A DNA stretch of 61,049 nt, counting the filler. It is 11 parts of 11 records of this genome, joined end to end, with 100 filler letters (N's around TTAATTAATTAA, not from the genome) between each part and the next. Parts side by side here need not be neighbours in the genome. Positions count along the whole stretch, not along the records: positions 8,551 to 11,663 come from SRR7504441_20413; positions 11,764 to 16,738 come from SRR7504441_20419; positions 16,839 to 20,660 come from SRR7504441_20420; positions 20,761 to 28,180 come from SRR7504441_20425; 7 more parts are not named here. The stretch is one strand, 5' to 3'. Numbering within the stretch: position 1 is the first letter of the stretch; each line of letters starts with the position of its first letter. Below are positions 10,777 through 22,543 of this stretch, in pieces. Under the pieces are notes generated by a model. That model ran no database searches. It was not told the DNA's origin and was given only the letters and a program-made list of their open reading frames with translations. Both the position numbers and the translations under genes were made by a program.

Positions 10777-11663
10777 CTAGCTCCTCGCTTCGAGTAGCAG
10801 CTCCGGCTGGTCGCACTGGTAGACCAGCATGTACGCTTGCTGCTTGAGCACGTCTCTTGGGCGGACTGGGCTGACCGTCCTGTCGTCGCAGTGCACCCAC
10901 TCCTGGTCGGGCAGCCTGCAGTAGCAGCTGTAGTGCCCACCGCTCGTCTTGGCCCCGTGGTGCCGCACCACTGCCTGCAGCCGATACACCACCTGCTTGG
11001 CCGGGCCCAGCCGCAGCTGGAGCGCGCGCGAGAGCTGCCGCTGCCCGAGCGCTAGCTGCTCGTCGAACTCGACGTGCTTACAAAGCTTTTCCGGCCCTGA
11101 GTCCTTGAACACGAACCTTTTGAGTTGGAGCACCAGCACCGACGGCAGCCTGTCTATCGCCACCGACCGGTTGGCGGTGGCGGTGCTGTGCTTGCCTGCC
11201 CCCTCTCTCGGGGGGGGCGTTGGCCGGGGGCGCACCGGATCGGACCCCGTCGATCCGCTCCGGCTGGGTCATGAGCTCAATCGCGTCCTCGACACATTCA
11301 ACCTCGCGCGCCCCTATGTCGAGCGGCAGCTGCCCCCCATAAGCGGCCAGCCCGACCCGGTCCGGGCACCATGAACAGCTGCTCGCGAGAGGCCGACGCT
11401 TGGCCGTGCCCGCTCAGTGCAGACCGGATTACCGTGCTCACCACCTGCGTCCTGTCAGCCGCCCGCCGGCTGTGCGCGCTGCCTCCGAGATGGGCGACCC
11501 GTTCTGGAGGTCCTTCTGCTGGCGCATCAGCGCCGCCTGGTTCTTGGGGCCGACCTGTCCAGGGCTTGCCAGGCTAGTCGACTAGCTGGCACCTCGTACC
11601 ATCCATCTGCCTCCTGCGGCTCCGGCTCGGAGGGCTTGCCTGTGATGGCCTCCTCGTGCATCG
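10777..11663 (-). CDS. Ubiquitin-specific protease (peptidase C19, USP10-like), 5' partial
   Basis: LPSVLVLQLKRF, His box YRLQAVVRHHG..SGGHY, WVHCDD and AYMLVY. Truncated by the linker. Confidence 0.85.
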
Positions 11664-11763
11664 NNNNNNNNNNNNNNNNNNNNNNNNNNNNNNNNNNNNN
11701 NNNNNNNTTAATTAATTAANNNNNNNNNNNNNNNNNNNNNNNNNNNNNNNNNNNNNNNNNNNN
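11664..11763. other. Artificial contig linker
   Basis: 44N-TTAATTAATTAA-44N. Confidence 0.98.
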
Positions 11764-11882
11764 GGCGGGCCTCCAGGCAGCTCGGGGCGTGCAGCGGCCG
11801 CGAGCACCTGCGGGCTGGGCAACCGAGACGGGGGGCCCGGCGGCTCCAACGGCCGGTGCAGGCTGGGCAGCAGGCCCGCCAT
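11764..11882 (-). CDS. Probable first exon of a gene divergent from myosin (3' partial)
   Basis: ATG at 11882 (MAGLLPSLHRPLEPP...), 109 nt from the myosin ATG, matching the divergent-pair spacing seen elsewhere. Confidence 0.35.
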
Positions 11883-11991
11883 CCAGCCACCACAGCCCGT
11901 TTTGGGTGAGCAACGGACTTTCGTTTCCGTTGGGATTCAGTTTGCAAGATAAGCATAGCACAGCACTGCGCTCTGCTGCTGTGGGCGCGGC

Positions 11992-14900
11992 ATGTCGTTC
12001 AATGTGGGCGAGCCGTGCTGGGTGGTGGTCAAGGGCGACCCGACCCCGGGGAAGGATCACCTCGGGGCTACCCAGATCAAGGCAGAAATCAAGGCAGTCA
12101 ACAGCGACGGCACCGTGGATGTCTACCGGCCGGCCCACACGGAGACTTTCCGGATGGTGCGCAAGCCGCCGGAGGGCGACGCGTTCAACAGCTGGCCGCA
12201 GCAGTCCGACTACTACGAGACCACCGGGCAGCAGTACCCCGAAATACCGCTGATCAAAGGGATGCGGTACGTGCCGCGCCAGGGCGAGACGGTGGTGCTG
12301 CCGGAGAAGTTCAGCGAAGTGGCTGACGAGGGCAACGGGCATGCGCTGGTCTGCGAGTACGATACGCAGTTTAAGCCAGCCCCGGGGTTCGAAGACATGG
12401 TCGACATGAGCAAACTGAACGACGCCGAACTGTGCCGGAACATCCAGCTGGCGTTCGACAGTAAGCCGCCTGTGGGGTTCATCTGGTGCGGGGCCACGCT
12501 GGTGGCTGTGAACACGATGATGCACATCCCTATGTACTTTCCGGGCAAACCGCTCCACCACGTGTTCTCGGACGACACGATGGACAAGTACAAAAACATG
12601 CAGTCTCGACAGGCTGTGCCCCCGCACTCGTACGCTCTGGCCACAGACTGTTACAGGGCGCTGTTTACTCCGCCAAAGGGCAGGTCCAAATGCGAGAATC
12701 AGGTGCAAATCGGAGCAGAGCTGGTGCTGATCTGAGTTGGGGTCAGGCGATCCTGATCACTGGCGAATCCGGTGCTGGCAAAACATTCTCCACCAAGAAG
12801 GTACTGGACTACATCGCTTACATGGCTGGGAACGACGAGCCACCGCCGGGCCAGATGAAGATCACAGTAACCGGCCGGCTGGCAGCATGCCTGTGACTGG
12901 GCCGGGCAGGATAAGATGCTTGCCACCACCCCGATTCTGGAAGGATGGGGCAACGCCAACATGCCGCGTAATCCGGACTCGTCCCGTTTCGGCAAACTAT
13001 ACAAGATCTACTTCAGCCAGGACACCAAGCAGATCACAGGCTGCAGCATCGAGCTGTACATGCTTGAGAAATCGCGGCTGTCGTCCCAGCAGATGAACGA
13101 GCGCAACTTCCACATACTGTACCGGATGCTGGCAGACCCGATCGAGGCGGACGCCAAGCTTCTAAAGAAACAGAAGAAAAAGGTAGCCTGGCTGGCGAAC
13201 AGGCAGTACTGACTGGGTGGGTTCAGCAAGAGTTGATCATTTGGGACAAATCGGACCTGTCCAAGAGGGTGGACTGCTCTCAGGATGGGGCCACTGGGAT
13301 GATTGGGTTTGATCAGCAGCTCAAGGACCAATGCGGGCTCGGGCGCGGCGTCTGGAAAGACTGGAGCTACTGGAACTACTTGAACGGCGGATCCGTTATG
13401 ACCGATTTGCATCCGCTCGATCGCAACGCGGAAGGCGGGTATGATCGAATCTATGAAGACGTCCCGCAAGGCTGGCAGGCAGCCGATCGTGTGGCCAGCT
13501 GCTGCGAAATGCAGGGCCGCGAGTACGAGGACCAAATGCACGCTTCTGCGACTCTCTGGGCGCTGGAACAATTCTTTGACAAGGAAACGGTACTGCCGCC
13601 GCAACTAGCAGCGCTCTCATGTGTGCTGAGACAGATACAAGTCATCTTTGAGGTCACTGCTGGAGTGCTTTGGCTGGGCCAAATTGAATACACGACGGAT
13701 GATGACAAGTGCGATGTTACAGTCGATGAGCCAAAGACAGCACTTGCTATCGATCAGGTCTGCCGGCTCTGGAAAGTGGACCGTGCACTGCTGATTAAGT
13801 CAATGAACTACAAGCGAGTTCAGGTGCGAGCTGGAGTCACTCAGGACGTGCCAGCAGGAAGGTGCCCGGCCTGCTGCCAGGCCCAAGTTGTATTAACATG
13901 CGTGCATGCAGAAAGGAAGCACGGACCATCCGTGACTCAATAGCGCGTCATGTGTATGACAATATATTTCTGTGGCTAATCGGAACTTGCTCCGACAACC
14001 TCCTCAGTGCCACTGGCAATTTCAACGAGTTCAAAGACATGTACATCGGCGTGCTTGATATCTTTGGCTTCGAGTTCTATGAAGACGAGAAGCTGCGGTA
14101 ATTCCCTGGTATATCACATATTGAGGCACATTTGCAGGCCGCATGGCGCTGAGTGCATCAACGGAATGGACCAGTTCTGCATCAACATGTGTAACGAGGT
14201 GCTACAGAACAAGTTCATAAACGTGATCTTCGACTCCGAACAAGCACTGTACGAGCGGCAGCTCCATAAACGCGTCGAACTTGACCTTGGCAAGCTGCGG
14301 AATGAAGACACAATTGGCTTCCTCAAGGGACACACAGCACTCCCCGCAGATCTGAAAGACGATAACGTTCCAACTATGATGTCTAATATACGAAAGGATC
14401 GTATGACCGCGAGTGGCGCCAAGGCTGACGCAGCTCTCAAGAAAACTATCCAGAAAGTTACCAAAAAGTACAATGGTCGGGTCAGCTTTGGCCCCGAAAG
14501 AGGCCGCAAACCCTGGCCCGATGGTCCGTACGGAGGATGGAACGAGTTTGACCCGAGGAAGGGGAAAGTGGCACTTGTGAATAAGGCCAACGAGGTGTGC
14601 CAAGAGGCTGGCGGTGGCAAGGGAGCCGGGTTCGATCCACACTTTAGGCTAGACCACTATGCTGCAAACGTGACCTATGACGTTAGAGGATGGTGCGACA
14701 AGGACGCTGACAAACTGACCGACTTCGCTCTCGATCTGCTTTCAGGGAGTTCAGAAAATCGGTTCGTTAGTCCAACTTATTCGAGCTTGAAAGGAGGCGG
14801 ACCGGGTCTGTCGGTGATGACCCTGTTTTCTAACAAACTGACTCGATTGATCGACACCCTGGACCACTGCAACTGCCACTTTGTCCGATGTATCAAAGCA

Positions 14901-16553
14901 TCCAACCCTCCCGCACAGGGCGTGTTCCAGCCCGGTCTGGTAGTGAATCAATTGGCGTATACTGGCATGCTCTCCACCCTGGTCATCCGCAGGAAAGGAT
15001 TCCCTAAAAGATTGCCCTATATTGACTTTTACGATGCGTTCAAGTTACTTCCGCCAAATAAAGACATCGGTTCTGGCCGTGGAGAAGCAGGCGACGCCGA
15101 AGCTCTGGTGCAGTGGCTCAATTCAGGGAAAATCACAGAGGTGTACGACAGGCTAACAGCCGGGATGAAGGAAGAGGTGCACGCACACATTGATTGGACT
15201 GACCTTGTGCTTCCTCAGGTGCGAGAGGGCGTTGCCCCAATATCACAGCGAGAGGATGCCATTCACGCTGGAACTCCGAATGATCCTGATGAGCAGCCAC
15301 TCATCTTTATGCGAGATTGGCTATTCCGAGAGCTGGAGAAGGAGGCGCTCGCGATCAAGAGGGATTCCGCAAATCTGATTGTAACAATTGTGGGGTCCAA
15401 GACAAACAAGGACAAATATCAAGCCCAGAATAGGAATACTGCCGTGTTGCGGCCCATGATGCGTTCGCTGATTGAACGCTCCAACTACTTGTCAAGCAAA
15501 TTCAATTACTTGGATACGACAGGTCGGATGGATTTGCACAGAGTACTCAGAGGGCACTTGTCTCGAGCACAGTACATGACAAAAAGATCGGCATTTTACG
15601 AGCAGGAGAATAGGCACAGGGTGCAGGAGTTCATTTTCGCTACGTGCATGCGACAGAGATACTACGAGGAGAAGCTCAAGAGTATGGAGCGGGAAAACAT
15701 GGACAAGGAGGAGAGACGCATGCGACAGCAGGAACATCTTGCCAAGGAGTACATGGCAGATCGAATCGCCGAAATTGAATCAGAGCGCGATGAGCGCAAG
15801 ACCATGTGCCTAGAGGACAACTATGCAGTAGACATACGAGCTGCAAAGTTGGCCGAGAAGTATGGTCAGGAGAAAGAGGCCTGCTTGCTCAAGGCATCGC
15901 GGGCTCGACAGGCAGCTGCTGATGCGCTCGACCGCGTAAAGCAGCAGCAAACCAGTGCACTGATGCGAGATTTGATGATGGCAAAGCACGCTGAAGCTAT
16001 AGAGGCAGAATTAAAGGTCAGAATGTCGGTGGCGCTCGCCTGCAGCCTGAGCCTCCTTTTGTTGCAGAAAAAGTGTCTCGGTGTGTTCAAGAAGATGAAC
16101 CTTGTTATAAGCAAGCCAATGTCCTCGAAGAAGCTCATGAAGTTACCACCTGACGAGGATGCCAAGGTCTACGACCTTTAATCAGAAACTAAGCCATCTG
16201 CTGCTGTCAGGCACTCGCCAAGTACTTTGAAGCCATCGTGAGAGAACATGGAGGAGCTGGCAAGCGATTTGCCCAGACTCTGTCTGTTTTCGACACCTCT
16301 ATGGGCCCCAACTCGTTTGATAAAGCGAAGCAGACCAAGATGGCTCTCAAACTGGGCAATTTGCTAGGCTGCGATCCACATCAGGTGTGACCGTGCCATA
16401 GCACCCTGGTCTCTCAAAAGTTGGGCATTGATTGTGACTCGCCAGGTGCTCGTGCACCTCACGCCAAGGAGCATGTCTGAACAGGAACCAACGCCTCGGT
16501 TTCCAGGAAAGAGGGGTTTCGGGAAACCGTTTATACGACCTATGCAGCCATGA
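11992..16553 (+). CDS. Myosin heavy chain (divergent class) with charged helical tail
   Basis: PPHSY, P-loop GESGAGKT, ILEGWGNA, NPDSSRFGK, YMLEKSR, ERNFHI, DIFGFE, HYAANVTY and HFVRCIK. About ten short GT-AG introns. 3' exons inferred. Confidence 0.9.
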
Positions 16554-16738
16554 AGACTTCAATTACTTTAGAATTGCCCGAAATCAATGTGACATGTATT
16601 AACCCTTGCTATTAGCTTACGCCGAATTGGCGTAAGGTCGGCCTGAGCGGTCTTGGATCCGGTGTAACTTTCGCAATAATGCTTCGATTTCGATGAAAAG
16701 TAGATGAAAAGTACATAGAAATGACCGCCTCGTCAAGC

Positions 16739-16838
16739 NNNNNNNNNNNNNNNNNNNNNNNNNNNNNNNNNNNNNNNNNNNNTTAATTAATTAANNNNNN
16801 NNNNNNNNNNNNNNNNNNNNNNNNNNNNNNNNNNNNNN
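16739..16838. other. Artificial contig linker
   Basis: 44N-TTAATTAATTAA-44N. Confidence 0.98.
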
Positions 16839-17098
16839 GGCACCCTGATCGCTAAGGCTGCCATAAGGTCGGACTAGTTGACGAGCTACATCATTCGTCG
16901 ACATTCGCCATTCAATCATCGTCACACGTGACGAGCTGCTGCTGTCACAGTGGAAACAGGTGATAGGCCCCGGTCAGGTCACGGCACAGGATTTTGTCGT
17001 TCTGCCAGCCGTACGGCCGGGTGTAGTGGTAACCAGGCCGGGCCGGGTCCCGGGCCGCCGAGAGCAGCACAGTCCGATCCCGAGCACTGTAACGCTTC

Positions 17099-18610
17099 TT
17101 GGCGTTCTCGCAGATCCAGCCGCCGCCCATGTTGCCGTTGCGGATTCATAAACAGATGTCCAGCCTCAGCCCTCACCACACCCTCCGCACGCACATGGAA
17201 GTGTTGCTGGAGAGCGCTTACCTGCTCGACCAGCAGCGCCCCGGCCCGCTGGACGTTGCCGCCCTGGAGGCCGAGGTCGAGCGGCTGCGGTGCTTGCTCG
17301 CGGGGCAGGCCGGGAACAGGCAGCTGGTCCAGTGCCAGGCGCTGGCGGCCGCTCTAAGAGGGCTGGACATCACCCACTCTGGCGGCGAGTTCCAGTTGTG
17401 CAAGCGGGTCCCAGACCGCCCGCCCGCCCAACAGCTGGCCGCCCAGCCCGGCCCAAGCCGGCCCAACGCTGCTGACCGGATGATCAGCGTCCTCGAAGCC
17501 GAGACCGGCTGCGCATCTGAGGATCCGTCTTCGAGTGCCGAAGAGGGGTATCCTTCGGATCCCGAAGAGAGTTATCCCTCTTCGTGTTCGGATGCAGAGC
17601 AAGACGATCCGCCGCCGTTGGGCGACCCGCTTCCGGCCTTTGTTCCTTTAAGAGAGGCCTGGCTGCGACGATCGGGCCGGCCAGCACAGCCCCGCCCGCC
17701 CTCAACTCCAGCCACAAAGCCAAACCCGGCACGGCCGGCCGGAGGGGGGCGGCCGAAGCGAGGACCAGCGCGGCTGGCCAAGGGGACGGTGCTGATGTTC
17801 GGCAGGGCGGCCTCGCCGGGACAGCCGCCAGCCGGTGTGCCGGCGGGTCCGCGGATGGTCACCGCTCGCCGGCTGATAGCGCGCGCGACCCACCGGCGGG
17901 ACAGCGCTAGGCTTGGGAGGCTGGCCAAGGGGATCCAACTGACTGTGCTGGAGCGGCGGCCGGTCAGCGGTGTCGAGAGGGCCAAAGTGCGCTGGGGGGC
18001 GCACCGAGAGGGCTGGGTGACTGCCCTGCTCGAGAGCGGCACTGCGACGCTGGCCCCGGACCGGGCCAACCCGTCAGGCAAGGTCCGCTCGCAAAAAAAT
18101 CAGAAATACGCTCCCAGCCCAACTGGGTCGGGCAAGGCCCGCCGTCGCTCCAAGGCCGCAACCGATGACCCGAACACTAACGCGCGCCGGCTCTGCCAGC
18201 ACGCTGCCCGAGGCGAGACGCAGAACGTGACAAAACTGCTGTGTCGGCACCCTGAAGTGGCCAAGTTGGTCAAGGCCGACGGACTGGCCAAGCGGAGCAA
18301 GACCCGCAGCCAAAACCTGAGCAAGCCCGCCTGGTCTCCGCCGTCCGCCAACTGCACGAGTTCTACAAGAGTGCGTGCGCAAACCAGCCAAGTTCGCCGG
18401 AGAGCAAGGCCGAAGCTTCGTCGGGATGTCCGGCCGCACCTTGAGCTCGCGATGTGCGAGGAGCGGATGGAGTCGCTGCTAAGCAAGATGGGCAAGCTTG
18501 AGGAGGCTGGTGCGAGCAAGCGGGAAAGGCAGGCACTCCAGCTCAAGATAGATGAGCTCGAAAATCACACTGATGAGCTCGAGGACTTGATGTATGCCAA
18601 TGTGTGGTAG
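17099..18610 (+). CDS. Hypothetical protein with SH3b-like segment and C-terminal coiled coil; start uncertain
   Basis: 503-aa ORF. RLIARATHRRDSARLGRLAKGIQLTVLE...RAKV...EGWVT resembles an SH3-like fold. Confidence 0.55.
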   Translation: MAFSQIQPPPMLPLRIHKQMSSLSPHHTLRTHMEVLLESAYLLDQQRPGPLDVAALEAEVERLRCLLAGQAGNRQLVQCQALAAALRGLDITHSGGEFQLCKRVPDRPPAQQLAAQPGPSRPNAADRMISVLEAETGCASEDPSSSAEEGYPSDPEESYPSSCSDAEQDDPPPLGDPLPAFVPLREAWLRRSGRPAQPRPPSTPATKPNPARPAGGGRPKRGPARLAKGTVLMFGRAASPGQPPAGVPAGPRMVTARRLIARATHRRDSARLGRLAKGIQLTVLERRPVSGVERAKVRWGAHREGWVTALLESGTATLAPDRANPSGKVRSQKNQKYAPSPTGSGKARRRSKAATDDPNTNARRLCQHAARGETQNVTKLLCRHPEVAKLVKADGLAKRSKTRSQNLSKPAWSPPSANCTSSTRVRAQTSQVRRRARPKLRRDVRPHLELAMCEERMESLLSKMGKLEEAGASKRERQALQLKIDELENHTDELEDLMYANVW

Positions 18611-18965
18611 CACATGAGCATGCACACGAGGACTCGTAACTGCTGCTGATTAATCAATGATCAATATTAATTTACACAAATGATTGAAGGTCGTAATTTA
18701 AAGCTCGCCTTGCATTGCATAGTGCTCCAAAGTGCTCAAGTACTTACTCTCGAATGCACTTACACAGTTTGTTTACAACGTATTTTATTGTGCCTTGACT
18801 ACATGATTAGTATGTGTAGATCTCGTTGTGTCAAATCAGGATGACGACTTGACAACGACGAGAAGTTGGTGCATTGCTTAAATGCTTAATATGGAGTACA
18901 TACGGTACAGGGATCATCAGCAGTTATTATGGCCTGATTGAGATGATGATGTCTCACCTGTACAT

Positions 18966-20631
18966 TTATGAGAGTGCAATTGCTGCAGTTTTCGTGTAGA
19001 ACGTGCCAGCTGCATCCACACGCTTGTCGTTGCGGTAGAGACCCTCCCACTTATCGCCATTTCCAAAGGTGTAAACACCGCGTCCATTTCGCAGAGAGTC
19101 TTGCCAGCCTCCCTCGTAGCGATCCCCGGCAAACTTGCCAACACTCCAGTTGAATGTACCCTCCCCATCGTACTTGTCCATCACGAGCGTTCCATCATAA
19201 GTGTCCCCGTTGGCAAAAAAGAACAGCCCAGTCCCGTCCATGTGGTCCTCCTTCCAGTCCCCTTCATAGCGGTCACCATTCTCGTAGAAATAGGTGCCCG
19301 GGCCATCCATCTTGCCCCCTTTCCACTCACCCTCGTAGCGGTCCTGGTTGGAGTGGAAGAACGTACCACGCAAAGAAGTAGACACCGTGCCCATTCATCG
19401 AACCAGAATCCCAATCACCATCAAATCTATCACCAGCAAAACGGCCAGTAGCCCAGACAAACACTCCGCGTCCATGCATGCGATTGTTCTTCCAATCGCC
19501 ATCATACCGTGAACCAGTCGAATAAATGTATGAACCTCGACCCTCGTATCTGTTACCATTGAAGAATGTCATTGTTCCGAAGCCTTGCCTCTTCTCCTTG
19601 ATAAAGTGTCCGTCAAACCGGCTACCGTTGGCGAAAAAGTAAGTGCCATCTCCGTGGATTTTGCCATCGCGCCATTCACCTTCATAGCGATCGCCTGCTC
19701 GCGTGCCGCCAGCCCATGTGAATACACCAGCACCATCCTTTTTGTCTCCTTTCCACTCTCCTTCATACTTGTCGCCACTGGCATAATAGAAGGCTCCACT
19801 GCCGTGCTTTTTGCCCATCCGGAATTCTCCTTCAAAACGATCGCCAGCCCAGACTCCAGTTGCCCAAATGAAAGAACCAACACCGTGCATTTTGCCTTCC
19901 TTCCATTCGCCTTCATACCGATCACCGGAGGCATAACTGTACATGCCCTGGCCCTGAAGCTTGTCGTCCATCCAGTCTCCCGAGTACTGACTCCCGTCAC
20001 TGAAAAAGTAAGTCCCTCGCCCACTCATCTTGCCATCAATCCAGTCACCCTCAAAGCGCGAACCATTGGAGAAGGTGTAGGTGCCTTTGCCGTGAATGCG
20101 CCCATCCAACCATTCTCCCTCGTACCCGTCTCCAACGAAGTTGCCTGAGTTCCAGATCATCTGTCCACGACCACTACGATTGTCTGCTACCCACTCACCA
20201 TCATACCTGTCACCGTTCTCAAAGATGTAAGTGCCTCTGCCATCCTTGCGGTCAAACTGGTAGGTGCCGTCATAGCGATTGCCGTTTGCATAATAGTAAA
20301 CACCACGGCCGTGCTTCAAATCATATTCCAGATCGCCTTCGTACCGATCTCCGTTCAGCAGGTAGAGCGCGCCTCTGCCATGCTTCTTGTTCTCCTTGAA
20401 GTCACCAACGTACTTCTCGCCATTCGAATAGTAGTAAGTCCCGTTGTGCTTGTCGTCATTCGAGTAGGTGCCATCGCACCGATCGCCTTTGGAAAAGATG
20501 TACGTTCCAGCCCCGTCTCTCTTGCCATTCTCCCAGTCGCCTTCGTACCGGTCGCCGGCTGCGTAGTAGAACTTGCCGTTACCCTGACGGTGGTCCTCGA
20601 ACCACTCGCCGTCGAATCGGTCGCCAGTCAT
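18966..20631 (-). pseudogene. MORN-repeat protein with frameshifting internal deletion (pseudogene or repeat collapse)
   Basis: More than 20 MORN units (YEGEWxxGKxHGxGxYxYxNGD) in two frames. The frame switch near 19371 has no intron signals. A second in-frame unit truncation lies near 19540. Confidence 0.7.
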
Positions 20632-20660
20632 AACTGCTTGCGCCTGTGCTATAGAGATCC

Positions 20661-20760
20661 NNNNNNNNNNNNNNNNNNNNNNNNNNNNNNNNNNNNNNNN
20701 NNNNTTAATTAATTAANNNNNNNNNNNNNNNNNNNNNNNNNNNNNNNNNNNNNNNNNNNN
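20661..20760. other. Artificial contig linker
   Basis: 44N-TTAATTAATTAA-44N. Confidence 0.98.
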
Positions 20761-20827
20761 GCCTTCTGAGCAGCCTCCTTGGCCTCCTCTTCCTCGGCCC
20801 TCTGAGCAGCGTATTTAGCCTCTGAAC

Positions 20828-22164
20828 TTGCTAGACCTCAACACCATGACCTGGGAATTGCTCAAGTTTATGGGCAGCTCTCCAGCCCCTGTGTTCTCAC
20901 ATGTAGCTTATGCAATCCCATCAGCACTTTCTTACAAGCTATTCCTTTTTGGTGGCCGAGAGTCCCAGTTCTCATGTAAGTCGACGGTACACTGCGTATC
21001 CTGTACATTAGCGACGGGAACCAGCACAAGTGGTACATCGAATCATGGATTCAAAGGCGAGAAGATGACACCGATGAGCAAAAGGACATTCTCAGGCTAC
21101 TCTTTGACAAGTACACCGAACCAACGCTGGATTGGCTTGTCAAACAGACAAAGCCTCTTACTCCCGTGAATAATTTCAATCTATGCCAGACGCTGTGTAA
21201 TCTCTTAGACGGCCTTCTGAAAGACAACAAAAATTTCGAAGGAGGTGCAGCTGACAAGATGACGTACGAAATATTCTTTTGCTTTGCTGCTGTTTGGGCA
21301 TTTGGAGGGCCATTGGCGGTCAAAGATGGCGAGGACTGTGAAGATTTGCTTTCACCTTTTGCAAAAAGAAGTCATAGCAGTTCTCGTTGGTGGATGAGAC
21401 TGTAGCAGAGTCCGATCGAATGACAAAGAAACTCGAGATGGCACAGCGCCTTATTGGAGCTCTGGGAAGCGAGAATGTACGATGGCAAGCAGGGGTTGGA
21501 GAGTTTCAGCGCAAGCTTGACCTACTTCCTGGCGATGTGCTTGTATCAGCTGCCTTCGTGTCATACGTGGGGCCTTTCAACAATATTTTCAGGCAGAAGC
21601 TAATGAGTGATTCCTTCTTGCCATACATTGCAGAGGTGTTTTGCTGGCCTTGATTTGGCACCAGGCTTCAAATCTCCAGAATGCGATAAGAGCTGGGAGT
21701 TCTACAGGGATTATATTGAGACCAACTTCCCTCTCGAGCATCCCAACTTGTTTGGGCTGCATTCAAATGCAGAGATTGGATTCCTCCTGGCCTCGGGTGA
21801 CGCCTTGTTCTCCACAATCCAGGAGATTGGTGGTGCTAGCGGCGGCGGCGGCGGCGGAGGCAGTGGTGCAGAGGATGCGACCATGACTGCAATCGAGGAG
21901 TTTGAAGCCCAGCTACCAGAGGACTACGACGAAATTACACTGGACCAACGCGTTCAGGATCGCAATCCGTATGTGTCCGTGGTACTCCAGGAGGTTGCTC
22001 GGATGAATATCCTGTTCAGCACGATTCGAAATTCTTTGAATGACCTTAAGCTTGGTCTCCAAGGAGCACTAAATATGTCTGATGCCATGGAGGAGCTGCA
22101 AAAGGCAATCACCTTGAACCGCGTGTGCGCCCTCTGGAATATGATGAGCGATGACATTGCATAA
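20828..22164 (+). pseudogene. Axonemal outer-arm dynein heavy chain remnant (four colinear fragments)
   Basis: Kelch-like fragment (LFLFGG). Post-AAA2 fragment (ILYISD...LFDKY...FCFAAVWAFGG). Stalk-end fragment (AQRLIGALGSENVRW...GDVLVSAAFVSYVGPF). AAA6-lid/C-terminal fragment (EHPNLFGLHSNAEIGF...VVLQEVARMN...GLQGALNMSD). Confidence 0.8.
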
Positions 22165-22543
22165 AGGCGAGATCAATAAGAACTGCGGTTGCATTCATCT
22201 GTGACAGTGCGTGTGACTAGGATATCAGTTGAGGCTGGCAGTCTCTGGAGGGTACTAATAGTGCACAAGCACTCAATAACATTAGAAGCAGTTTTAATTA
22301 GAGAGAGCACCCCGCATTCACTGTCTTATTACTTACGACAATTAGTAATTGTTATAGATAAATGATTAAACTCAATCTTTGAATTAAACATAACAGCCAA
22401 GTGCGGCTATACAGCTGTACTTTGTAGTCACTAGGTACCTGGTACAAGTACTGTACCAGGTAGTACTCAATACGTGTGCAGGTGTACGACTCAGGAATTT
22501 ACGTGTTTGAATCACATCACCCTGAGTGACTCACGATTCACGA

